DNA from: Podarcis melisellensis
Lineage: Eukaryota
DNA: 64,000 nt
Reading direction: 5' to 3' (one strand)
Assembly: GCA_964234715.1 (NCBI GenBank)
Contig: OZ174275.1
Below, piece by piece: positions 25,225 through 36,780 of the stretch. Position 1 is the first letter of the stretch, and every line of letters begins with the position of its first letter. A program made the position numbers and the translations under genes. The notes beneath the pieces were generated by a model. That model was not told the origin of the DNA. It ran no database searches and saw nothing but the letters and a program-made list of their open reading frames with translations.

Positions 25225-26120
25225 AATAATAATTTTCCAATATTTTAACATGGGACCGCAGTGGAGAGATTTTGGCATGGACATGGACAGAAGAATTTAC
25301 TATTACTAAATATGGAGGCATGGTGGTGGGAATTACTGGAAGTAAAGTTGATATTGAAGAAAAAACATGGTTGACATTTACTACTAATAATAATAATTTG
25401 GGAACCCCTCTTGGACTTTTTATGGGAAAAGAAAATACTTGGACTTGGAGGAGATAATTGTTTAACAGAAAGTGGAGAAGTTGGGTGTTATCATGGACTG
25501 AATGTCTTAAATAACATTTTTAAAAATGTAACCAGCAGACAGAAAATCAGAAGTCCTTTTAATTTTTCTTTAAATTTTTCTTTATTTTTTCTTTCCCCTT
25601 TTTTCTTCTCTCTCTTTCATTTCTCTTCTGGCTTTCTTCTCTTTATTTCTCTCCCCTTCCCCTGCTCTTCTCTTTCTCCTTAGGCATCTTCCGCTAGGGT
25701 GCACCCATGGGGGGGATGGCTGGTGGAGGGACCTGGGTGTGAGAGGCAGGGAAATGCTGGTCTCCCAGGGTGAGAGGCTAGGAGGAGAAAAGAAAGAAAG
25801 ATCCTCAGTGAGAGCTAAGAGGGGCTATTGCAGGCACAGGCAAAGTCAGCCCTCCAGATGTTTTTGGCCTACAACTCCCATCATCCCTAGCTAACAGGAC
25901 CAGTGGTCAGAGATGATGGGAATTGTAGTCCCAAAACATCTGGGGGGCTGAGTTTGCCTATGCCTGGGCTATTGGGTTAAGAACAACCTTTAAGAGACGA
26001 CTCTGTATTCTATTTGTATTTTTTGAAGATTTCCCCCCCCCATTAGTTTTCTATATCTTACCATATAATGAAATTTTAAAAATAAAATAAAATAAAAAAA
26101 TTAAAAAACACACACAGTAA
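25225..26120 (+). mobile_element. 5'-truncated L1-clade retrotransposon with 20-bp TSD
   Basis: Perfect TSD attagaactatttcatttgc at 25205-25224 and 26121-26140. A-rich tail about 26077-26108. Frameshifted ORF2-end-like peptides ILAWTW.../MEAWWWELLEV.../IWEPLLDFL. Confidence 0.8.
25831..25966. mobile_element. Palindromic hAT MITE nested in the L1 3' region
   Basis: CAGGCACAGGCAAA...TTTGCCTATGCCTG; perfect 8-bp TSD GGCTATTG (25823-25830 and 25967-25974). Confidence 0.92.
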
Positions 26121-27644
26121 ATTAGAACTATTTCATTTGCCATCCTGGCTCAGGGCTCATCCAGACTTCTCTTTGTGCCATGATTTTTAGATACAAGTCT
26201 GTGCTTTCCAGGCAGGGGTCTGAGCGGTGGGGGGTTTGGGGAGGAGGGGGGGGCTATCCTTCTGCTTTTCCTGGGAAAACTTGCTGTTTACTGCTGAATC
26301 GGACATCAATCCGCAGAAAAACCCAATTGATGTTTGTTTCAATTCAGTCCTATTTGTCCAGCAGGACCAACCAACAACCCACTTGGACCTGTGTCTAGAA
26401 AGCATGGACCTGTGCCTACAAATCACTGCCCTTATGGAAGTCTGAGTGAGCCCTCAGCACAGTTGCAATGCTGGTTCCATGCAAACCATGATTTGCAAAC
26501 TGAAGCCCAGCATTTAAAGCATGTAGTCTATTCACTGTAGTCTCCTTTCTGATCATTGATTTAGAAAGCTCAATAATTCTCCTGTGGTTAATTGCTATAT
26601 ACATGTATTTCCTAGTGGTGACCCTACACACTTCGCTGAAGAATCTAAAATGCCTGAAATCCACCTTTTTATAATTTTCATCACAAAGCAGCATATTTAT
26701 ATGAGCTGTCTGTTTTACAGACATGTTAAGAAAACTGAGTATACTCAATAGGCAGTAGCTATGCATCTGCCTCAGGCCTGCCCTACCACCAATCATTTGG
26801 CATAATGTTTAAATGTGATGTTAATTCTCATGCACGGATGTTAATTCTCATCCATTATGTACAACCATTCCTCCTTGATTTTGAGATAACTGTGCAGTAC
26901 TATGGTACACATACAAGAATGCTTGTGCCGATGCCCTATTTTCTTAGGAAAGGGCAATTGTTCATTGATTATGGGGAAACCAAGAAAACAACACAAGATT
27001 TACTTTAAGACTTCAAGTGAGTTATAAACAGAGGAGACAGTAATTTTTCCCTTGAGTAGGTTTTTGAGCAGCAACACAAAGCCCTGCAAGTACATTTATA
27101 CACTGCTGTGTACAGATATATACTTGCATCAGTAGGATATCAGAGCTGTGATATTGTTCTGAGGCTTACTCTAGCAAATATATCAGCAAGGATATTCTGG
27201 AAAAGGGTGATAATATTGCTAAGATTTATCTAAGAACAGCATTAAGGAAACAATGTGGTTCACATCCCACTGAAGCAAATGGCCAAACTTCCACTGTGCA
27301 GCTCAATCATTTACTGCAGAGATTTTTGTAACTGGGCTGGGCTCCAACAAGGAAGCTGGCTCCTATTTCTTTCCCTTTATGTACACCTCTGGCTTTTTAC
27401 CACAGGCGTAAACAGCTTATGTAGTATCTTCAAATGTCTTCTCCTGTATTCCTGTGTTTAGCAAAACTGTTGGTGTTTATTCAATGCAAGGGAAACCTGC
27501 AGTTTTCAAGACCCCGTTCATCACTCTCCCTTTATATCATACACACAAATAGCCCAACCTATAAGTTGTTTATGATCTGATCTAGATGAGCACATCTCAG
27601 AAGTCGGACCGTTGTTCCTAACCTCCTTTGTATTCCTTGTACAG

Positions 27645-27828
27645 AAGAACTCAAAGAGAAGCTAACAGAATATGTTGATGAGGTGAACACACGGAAGTCT
27701 GGGTTCATCAAGGTGGTTCGACACAACAAGCAAGAGGGGCTGATTCGCTCTCGTGTTAGTGGCTGGAGGGCAGCCACGGCTCCCGTAGTTGCACTCTTTG
27801 ATGCACATGTAGAATTCAACGTGGGATG
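27645..27828 (+). CDS. GALNT18: GALNT18 internal coding exon (approx. human exon 4), catalytic domain with DXH motif
   Basis: tattccttgtacag|AAGAACTC...GTGGGATG|gtatgt; 184 nt, phase 1-2. Translates (E)ELKEKLTEYVDEVNTRKSGFIKVVRHNKQEGLIRSRVSGWRAATAPVVALFDAHVEFNVG(W), near-identical to recalled vertebrate GALNT18. Confidence 0.96.
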
Positions 27829-30800
27829 GTATGTGCCTTGCTGCTTCTGGTCTATGTCATTTGGTAGAGTTTGTCTGCGCATGTTCAGAAAAGTTCTATA
27901 GAAGAGTTAATGTAGATCTCTACATTAACTCTAATGTAGGGAGCTAATCCTCTAATGCTGTATTAAATATGTATCCACTGATTAAAAATTCGTTAAGTGG
28001 CAACAACTGAAGTCTTCATCATCCTTTAAATTCCACAGGAGTTTGGCCATTGCTTTCAGTGAGTTAATGAATGCAATTAAAATGTACTTAGATTAAATCT
28101 GAGCACACAAGTGTGAAAAGTACCCCTATTCCACTGATTTTTTGAGGACTTTGAACAGTGGGGAAACTATTAGTCCATTCAAAATGAACACATAGGATCC
28201 TGCCCTCTCTCAGAATTGGCTTTGTTACATTGTCATCTAGCCAAATGCCACTGGCTGTGTAGTACTGTGGCATCATCATCCTGACTGCCTTGACACCTGA
28301 TTGGTTGGCAGCATGTTAGGCTTAACCTGTTGTTGTTTTAGATGGTGCCAAGGCAGCAGCCAGTCACTCAGGGCTGCAGATAACAGCAAACAATATGAGC
28401 AAGAGAAGGATTAAGGATATAATAGCTGTCCCCTCACAAAAGAATAATTGAGATGTACATGTGCACTGACACTTGCATGAAAACAGCCAGGCTGGTGAGA
28501 TGTAATGCAAGTCCCTGGTGTAACAGGCAGACCATCGGGCTGTTAAAGCCAATAGCTGAAGCTTCATTGGCTTCTCTAGACTCAGCATTACATACAACAC
28601 TTTAGTAAGTCACATGTAGACAGTTCTTAGTATATAACTAGCTTGGATAGCTTGGTTCAGAACATGCAAATATTATTTGGCTGATAAAATTGAATGAATG
28701 CATGCTAATGGCTTAGAAGGTCTTTGTATTGGTAGTGTTACTATTCTTATTTGTTCTTACCCTGTATATAATTCCTGATAAAAGAGTAAGGTGGATTCTG
28801 TTTGGGTGGGCATCACCTAGGCAGAAGACATAGAAAGACACAATCTTCAGAGCCTGAAAGGTTGCACAAATCTGACACCTTTTAAAGTGACCATCTCTGT
28901 GCCATATAATTGTATTCTATGGAAGTTGATTTCTATGTCAACAGGAGAGGTGAAAGGGGTGGAAGATAATAGGTGTCCGATAAGAAATACAAAGAAAGTG
29001 TTTAGCTTTTGAAAATCATGTTTTGAAGAAGAATATGTAAGGAAAGGTAAAAATAGAGATGATGAAGGATAAAACTCAGGGAAAGAGATGTCCCTACATT
29101 CTGCTAAAGTGGCAGTCAAAAAGGAACTGAGGGAAGGTGCTCTTTCTGCCCTCAAGCCAGGAATAGCACATGGGACATCTCTGCTTGAGGACAAGGGCCA
29201 GAATGTAAAGCTCTAGAAGTTTATAAAGTGCTGCTCTGTGGAGGTGCAGATCCCACATGTCACCACTTGAAGAACGTCAGTTATAGGCAAGTTACCTATA
29301 TTGAATTTGGCATTGTCCCATCACAGTGGTGGTGCTCTGCAGAAACAGTGAGCCAGCAACTAGCATCATTTTGGTACACACAGCAATTTATCTCACTTTT
29401 CACATACAATTCCTCCATTTAGGAAGGTATAATAGGATAAGCTAACGTGCTCAGTTATCTGTTCAGTTTCCTTGAGTGTAAGGAGGGGATTTTTTTTTTT
29501 AGCCAAGTGGTTCATAATGTAGTCAGAGTCTAAAAACATTTAAGGGGGTTGTAAAACATGGCCTTAAACTTTGAAATCTTTTTAAAATGAAGGCATCTGT
29601 AGTCTTAATATTCCTGTGTGGTCAGATAATGTCAGAGGAGGGCTCTTATCTGTACACACAAAAGGGACAGGGACAGAAGTCCTCCAGAGATATGAATAGG
29701 AAAAGAATTTTTGATAGATAAGCTCAACGCATTTTCCGAACAGAGAATTCCAACAAAAGAAAATTGAGATGGGGTATGCAGGTTGGCTGTGTATAGCTAA
29801 GAAGCAAGAGTTCTTAAGGTGGATACAGTAGATAGAACTCTGTATTACCACCTGTTCCTTTTGATCCCAGTCCCTGCTGCTTTATACTGTTGAACAGCAG
29901 TATGCCCTGTTCCATCTTTCTGCCCTGCTGATCCAAACCTTAAATAGCCTTCTAAACAAACGCACATGCAAACCAAATTACAAAGGGAACACAAAAAATA
30001 TACACTTCCTTGAATATAAACTTCCTTGGCATTATCTTGCCACTGTGCTATAAATCCTAAAGGCCAGGAAAGTAAGTTGTTTGGCCTTTATGGGTCATTC
30101 AGACCTGAGGTTTTGTTGTGCATCTTGTTTTGGTTCTGTTCCTAAAATAGGAACAAGGAACGGCACACTCTTAGTACCACTCTTCACCTTTCTCCAAGAC
30201 TATGCCATGTGCCAAATGGGCGTAATGTACATCAGTGGCACCATGTACTGGTGCAATTAATTTTGCATTCATCGAACCATCTTGCCTCATTCCCCCCCTC
30301 TTCCAAATATACCCAAGACTACAGTTAATTAAAATTGGAGACCTTGCTTACCTCAGCAATAAGCACAACATTGGCTAGGGTTACTAGTAAGAAGGTTTTT
30401 GCAATCTCATAGAGTTACATGCATAACTCTATGAGAAAATGGAGCATTCCCTATTCCCATGGTATGTGCAGGGCTTGATTGCTGGATGGCAGCCAAAATG
30501 TCTAGTTCTAAGTTGGACGATCTTGAAGTCCTCAGTCTCCTACTTTTTCTTCATTTGTGTGTGCCAGGGGTAGAAGGTGTCCCTAAGCAATCTATTGACA
30601 TAAAGCATGAGCAGAAATATCCAGTTAATATGCAACAGACGCATCTTATTGTGTGGTTTATGATTAAAGTTAATTATAGTTTTCCAAGGTGCAAAACGTT
30701 GCACTAACTTGGAAAGGACTGGGTTTAGCTGTAAATTTTAAAATACAATTCCATCGATAAATCAGTATGGGCATTTCCTTAGAAAATAACAGGTGTTCAT

Positions 30801-31384
30801 ATGGAAAGTGGATTCAGATAATGACTCAAATCAATAATTTTCTGTTTGGTGACTGAAACCAATTTCACCTGATTAGAGAATGCTTTGGGTTTTTATTTGT
30901 AAAGGTGGGAGACTGAGTTTAAATCCCCCTTTTTGCTTTGTGGCTTTATGCCGAAACCATTGTAATTTAGACTGTGGCTCAGGTCAGGTATTGAGTGCCA
31001 TGTGATCACCCACATGAGATCAGGGTGCTGTGGCAGGGTTTTGTGGAGTTGTTACTTCATGGAGCCCCAGGAAAATGAAATTGCACCAGTGGTAGCACTG
31101 AATTGGCTCTGCTGGTGTGTTTGCACCACACCAACATTGTCACTTCGCCCCTCTCTTTCTTGGTAAGCAGCAGTGATGCATTTGACTGAAGGTCAGGGAA
31201 GCACCAGTGTCCCACTAAATCACCCACCCCTGCTGTTGTTGCCTAGAACTTGGTTGCAGACCAAGATTGACGGGCTGGTTCCTCCACCTCCAGCTGAAGA
31301 TAAGCTCTGCACAACCCAGACTCTTAATATTTGCCTCTCAGTGCATGTAACCCCAAATATGCCTTGTGGCATGGAAAAGTAAAT

Positions 31385-31700
31385 ATCAGAAGAAGGAATC
31401 TGTGTTGGAGCACATTGCCACATATTTGCATGTGGAATTCTGGGAATGCCCAGAATTGTTAGTATTAAAAAAAGGAAATGGGGGCAACAGTGGTTCATAA
31501 TCAGTGCTGTTCTGGCTAAAACCACAATTAATCTCTTCAAGAAAGATTCTGATAATTATTCTACTGTGAAACTAATTCAACATATTTTAAAAGCTGCCAA
31601 ATTAGTAATTATTAAAATCTGGAAATCATCACAACTTTCCAATAGCAAACTGTGATAGGTTAAGCAATGGGGTGTGTTATAAATGGAGAAAGCAGCAGGT
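31385..31700 (+). mobile_element. Old L1-clade ORF2 C-terminal fragment
   Basis: HIATYLHVEFWECP (zinc-knuckle-like) and KLIQHILKAAKLVIIKIWKSSQ (ORF track 31446..31655). Confidence 0.7.
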
Positions 31701-33510
31701 CAGGCACAAATAGTTCTCCTCTTAGGAGAATCATTGCAGGGCTTAACCAATTTTTACTATAATGGGGGGGGGGTATAATCTCTTTTAGAACAAATGAGAC
31801 CATATCATCCGTTAGCTGACAACATTTTTCTTAAGAATCCCTAGCTGGCTGAGAAAGGACAAGGCCTATGAGTACGTTTTAAGTGCCATTTCCTCATGAT
31901 GGAGGGCAATAACTATTTTTCAACCCAAGCACTAACCCAGCCATTTCGATTGTGCTCACATGAATGAACCCACCATGCCATGCAGACAGTCATAGATATA
32001 GAGGCCACAGCTTCTGTGATTGCTGCATCACAACTATAGCTATGAAAATCCTGGAAATGGTTGTTGGTTATATCAGTGGTTGCTTCCCACATGCCTCTTC
32101 ACAGAAGGATATACCTTATGCTTCCAGGGAATTAGCCACAGATCACAGGGCATAACTTTTCTGGAAGAGTTTCTCCCCCCCCCCCCCCAGGCACTGTCCA
32201 ATGTAATTACCCATTCTATTCATTAGTGGCTTTAATTATAGTGTATGTCAAAGATTCATGCTTCAGGAAAAACCCGTTACATAATAAGTAATATTCCTTT
32301 GCTGCTGGAGATTTGCTGAAGTTCGCTGTTCAGTATTTCATATCTTCAGTGTCTGATATTGCCTGCTTATTAATTTATTTAAATCTATCTAGACCAGTCT
32401 TCATCCAAACCTATTCCAGGTGGTGTACAATGGGCATACATAAAACTGCTCATGCCAGATGCAACAAAATGGAAGCAAGAATCAACGTTCACAACGAATT
32501 AGCATCAATAAAACTTTCAAACTATAATGCAGAGTAAACACAACCATTTAAAATGCCTGGGCAAAAAATAAAATAAATAATAACCGGTCCTGGAAATAAT
32601 GTAATGTCAACTGCTTCTAATTATTTGGCTGCCTCACCTGGCCAATTACTGAGACATGCTAAATTAATATTATGTTTTGTTTTCTGATTTCAATCTTGAT
32701 AGAAGAAGACTCTTTGAAAGGGTAGAAGCCTTTAATCTTAGGACAGCTCTGCTTTTGCTGATATCCTTGATCGTTTGACAGCTGTAAGCTGTAAGGATAA
32801 TTGTCACCAATATGAAAGTCCTAATCTCTTCTTATCACTGAGACAAGAAAGTAACAGGGAAACATGCTAAATGGTAAAACTGTTGTGTGTAGGAGCTCTA
32901 AAGATCTTAAGTGAAGTTAAAGGATCCCACTGACATCAGTAGAAATTCAGAGTAGGAGGAGAGGAGAGAGGGAGAAGGAAGAGCTATGCGTGGGAGGGGC
33001 TCCTTTCCCCATCCTCTTGACCTCAACAAACCTGCTGCACCTGGAACTGGGTGTGGAAAGTTCAGCTGAATGGAACACAGCTGTGGGCAGCCTAAAGAAA
33101 TACCATCCACCTTGTCCTGTCCATAAAAAAGAAAGTCTAGAGTGAGATACCAGGGTAAGAACCTTTCTTGTTGTGAGACTTTTGTGGGTGAGTTGAGGGT
33201 TTGGACCCTGGGTGAGAACCAGGAAGCTGAGAGGAATGGTGTGTCAGAAGGAACATGAATTGCTATAGATTTTTATATATTTAAAACTTTGCATTAATGG
33301 AACATATTTATATGTAACTGTGTATTTTTATAATATTTTGTTAAAGTTGACTGTTGCTGCTTCCGTTTTTTTGTAAACCGCTTAGAGAAATTTTTAATAT
33401 ACTTAGTCGTACAGAAAGTTGAAATAAAATGAAGGAAGAAAATAGGAATTAAGCTGATGATTATAACTCTTGGAACACTCTGATTGTCTTCTCTCCCCCC
33501 CCCCCTTTAG

Positions 33511-33708
33511 GGCTGAACCGGTACTAACCAGAATCAAGGAAAACAGAAAAAGAATCATTTCGCCATCATTTGATAACATCAAATATGACAATTTTGAAAT
33601 AGAAGAGTATCCTCTGTCTGCACAAGGGTTTGATTGGGAATTATGGTGCCGATATTTAAACCCACCCAAGTCATGGTGGAAGTTGGAAAACACAACTGCT
33701 CCTATAAG
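33511..33708 (+). CDS. GALNT18: GALNT18 internal coding exon (approx. exon 5)
   Basis: Poly-C tract then tttag|GGCTGAACCG...CCTATAAG|gtaaaa; 198 nt, phase 2-2. AEPVLTRIKENRKRIISPSFDNIKYDNFEIEEYPLSAQGFDWELWCRYLNPPKSWWKLENTTAPI(R). Confidence 0.96.
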
Positions 33709-33729
33709 GTAAAACATGTAAATGTGAGT

Positions 33730-33876
33730 CATGCTGAGAAACAGCCACAAGAGAGGGCTACTGCCTTCATATCCTGCTTGAGGGCCTCCGGTAGGCATCT
33801 AGTATTGGTAGACCCAGTACAGGATGCAGGACTAGGTAGGCATTTGGTCTGATCCACCTGGCCTCTTCTTACATTA
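33730..33876 (+). mobile_element. CR1 3' UTR fragment just after exon 5
   Basis: aggatgcaggactaggtaggcatttggtctgatccacctggcctcttcttacatt resembles the CR1 terminus. Confidence 0.65.
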
Positions 33877-35533
33877 AGAAAATAAATCAAATTATGCAGG
33901 TGGATTTGGGGGTCATTTGGTTAAACCCCTGTGGCCAACGGCTCACCCACAGTGGGGCGTTTTCAGTTCCAATAAAATACTGTTTTTATGTAACCATGAC
34001 AAATTACAGAGCTGCTGTCACTATTTATACAGTCACTGTAATGGAAGGCCATGGCTGGTTGTAAATATGCAGGTTTGCAGCAAAAGCAAGCCTGTTTCTC
34101 TTGAGGATATATTTGGGAAATCTGCCATGCTGTGAAGAGTGTACTTTCGTTCCCCACCCTCCACCCCCACGCATAGCACTGATGTCTCGATGCAACATAA
34201 TGAGGAATGATTGGCATTTTCTTCATCATGAAGTTCACAAGGAACAGTTTCCCCTAGTTCCAAGCTGACACTTCGTTATCATCTGTACAAGCAGGGAAGG
34301 GAGATTTCAGGGGTGTGATTTAATTTTTTTAAAAAGAATTTTTACGATCACATCAGGAGCAGATGCCTCAGTTTATCACAGCTTGATTATCATTGTCTTG
34401 ATGAATGCAAAATGGTGTATCCTGTTCTATAACAACCCCCTGTCCCCTTTAATTAGCATCCTGTTGTCCCCAGTGCACTTCTTTTGCTCACATAATGGCA
34501 CAAGTGACATTTTTCTATTTGCCAGCCTGCATGACAAAGCCAAGAGTAGGGCTAAAGACAGATTAATTGTTCCATTCTCAGCCACTTTATAAAGACTGTA
34601 TGGCTGAATCTCAGCCAGTTCAAATGCCATTGAAGACTAGCCGGACAAGAGGCCAAAAGATGCAATGCCCAGGTCTTCCTGAACATTTCCTCCCCTTGTT
34701 GCATGGCAGTATTTGGAGTCATTATATTGAACTGAGTGGCTGAGTCCAATGAACGATGGAGCGAGCCACACTTCAGACAAGCATTAAAGAATGTTCTCTG
34801 AAACCATGGCAACATCAGTATCTATCACACAGTAGCCCTGTGCAGCTAACCTATGTGGTGATAACAAAGCATCATGGCATGTGCTGGCTGTCCTTGTCCC
34901 ATCCATGCATTTACTAAAAGCTGCCGATAGCTTTTGGTGAATGTGCAGCCAATGTGTGCAGTGCTGCTTGTCTCCATTCATGCATTGATATCTCCACAAA
35001 TGTAATCTTAACTGGGCTAAAGAAACCCTTTTGAGCCGCCCAGTTCTACATGGAGTCTTCATGACTGCAAAAAGTTTGCAATGCATTTTATTTTATTAGT
35101 TACAAAGGTCTTAGCCTGGACACTATTTGTAGGAGACATCGTAGGAGATCCATGTAAACTATTCTGAGGTTCTCTGAGGATAAACAGGACAGCCATGTAA
35201 TCAAGGAATGTATTGGTTACTTGAGGGGCCACAATTAATACCTTTGTGTGGATGCTTCAGTAAGAGCACCAAAATACCAGGTTCCTGCCAGTACCAGAGA
35301 TGACTAAGTTGCTCACGGCTTCGGTCAGCTTTGGTCCAGTCCAGAAGAAAATTCAGCTTATTTCTGAGTGAAAGCCAGATCTTTGTTAATTTATCCCACT
35401 GTTGGAGGTGGGACTGAATAAGACACACAAATTTTATGGTTGGCATACCTTAAATGAGGCATACCTGAAATTCACTCAACTGACTAAATTCCAGTGTTTT
35501 AATATTTGCTGCTGTTTTTTCCCCCCTGTCTAG

Positions 35534-35648
35534 GAGCCCTGCACTAATTGGATGCTTCATAGTAGACAGAGAATATTTCCAAGAGATTGGTCTGCTAGAT
35601 GAAGGCATGGAGGTCTATGGAGGTGAAAACGTAGAACTTGGGATCAGG
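35534..35648 (+). CDS. GALNT18: GALNT18 internal coding exon (approx. exon 6), Gal/GalNAc-T motif YGGEN
   Basis: cctgtctag|GAGCCCT...GGGATCAGG|gtaaga; 115 nt, phase 2-0. SPALIGCFIVDREYFQEIGLLDEGMEVYGGENVELGIR. Not in the ORF track. Confidence 0.96.
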
Positions 35649-35764
35649 GTAAGAAACCACCGGGAATCAACTAGCAGATTTTAGATGAGGAAAAAGTAAT
35701 AGATGATGAAGTCAGAATTGGAAACACAAAAAAAGATTGGATTCTGAGTCTCAAAAATTAGATA

Positions 35765-36015
35765 CAGTCGTACCTTGGATCTGAAACACCTTGGCTCCCA
35801 AACAAATCGGCTCCCAAACAATTGAAACCCAGAAGTGAGTGTTCTGGTTTCCGAATGATTTCCGGAAGCCGAATGTTCAGCGTGGCTTCCGCGGCTTCCA
35901 ATTGGCTGCAGGATGCTTCTGCAGCCAATCGGAAGCTGCGCCTTGGTTTTTGAATGGTTCCAGGAGTCGAACAGACTCCCAGAATGCATTCTGTTCAAGA
36001 ACCAAGGTACAAATG
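35765..36015. mobile_element. TA-flanked MITE family C
   Basis: TA|CAGTCGTACCTTGG...CCAAGGTACAAATG|TA; internal palindrome gcttccaattggctgcagga/tctgcagccaatcggaagc. Confidence 0.85.
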
Positions 36016-36699
36016 TATTGGATGAAAATAATATATTGTTGAGTAGTATCTTACATATCTTGAATATACAAGCTCTTCCTCAGCTTCAATTAATTAATAA
36101 TCAAACAGATAAGAGAACAGCTTTCTGTACTGGTTTACTGTTCATCAAAAATTATATTGAATCTTGGCTACGGTCTTCTAATTTATGTAATAAGCCCAAT
36201 ATTACTCCTTAATTGATCAATAAATAACTTTCCCTTGGCAGGAGTACAAACATTGATTGCTTTACCACTATGAAAAATAATATGTTTTAAGTTAATAAGA
36301 TTATCAATCAATAACTCTCTTAATTTTTTTTACCATGCTGTAATACAGAAGAAAAGTATTTGAAACCTTGGTGCTGTCTCAGCATGTCAGAGAGACTGGT
36401 TAATTTGTGCTTTTGGTTCCTGTTCAAAAGCTCTCTGGATATCCCCCCCCCCCCAGTCCATTACTGCATAATTGTAATGAAGGTGTTTTGCATTTTCCCA
36501 TCATACTTTTTATACCTTGATATAAGTGTAAAATCATATTAGATATTTGCCAATAGGGCGACTGTCAGTGTGTTTATCAAAAGTACTGTGTTGAATCCAG
36601 AGTTGCCTTTCCGTGAATTGAAGTCCCCACCTCACCAGTGGACCCAAATTTGTGCCCCTGTGCAAGCAGGGTAGGGAGCAGGGTACCTGGTCAGGTGCT

Positions 36700-36780
36700 T
36701 CTCTGTCCTAAATCTTGCAACATTCAGCTTTATTGAATGTCCATGACTTCTTCTTGTGTTATGACAGAGAAGTAAAAACC
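36700..36780 (-). mobile_element. CR1 ORF2 3' fragment
   Basis: ctgtcctaaatcttgcaacattcagctttattgaatgtccatgacttc...gtgttatgacagaga. Confidence 0.55.

Noticed and set aside
1-27644. Upstream GALNT18 exon (expected ...LPEVSIVFIFVNEALSVLLRSIH...)
   Set aside because: Not found by eye in any frame; probably upstream of the window.
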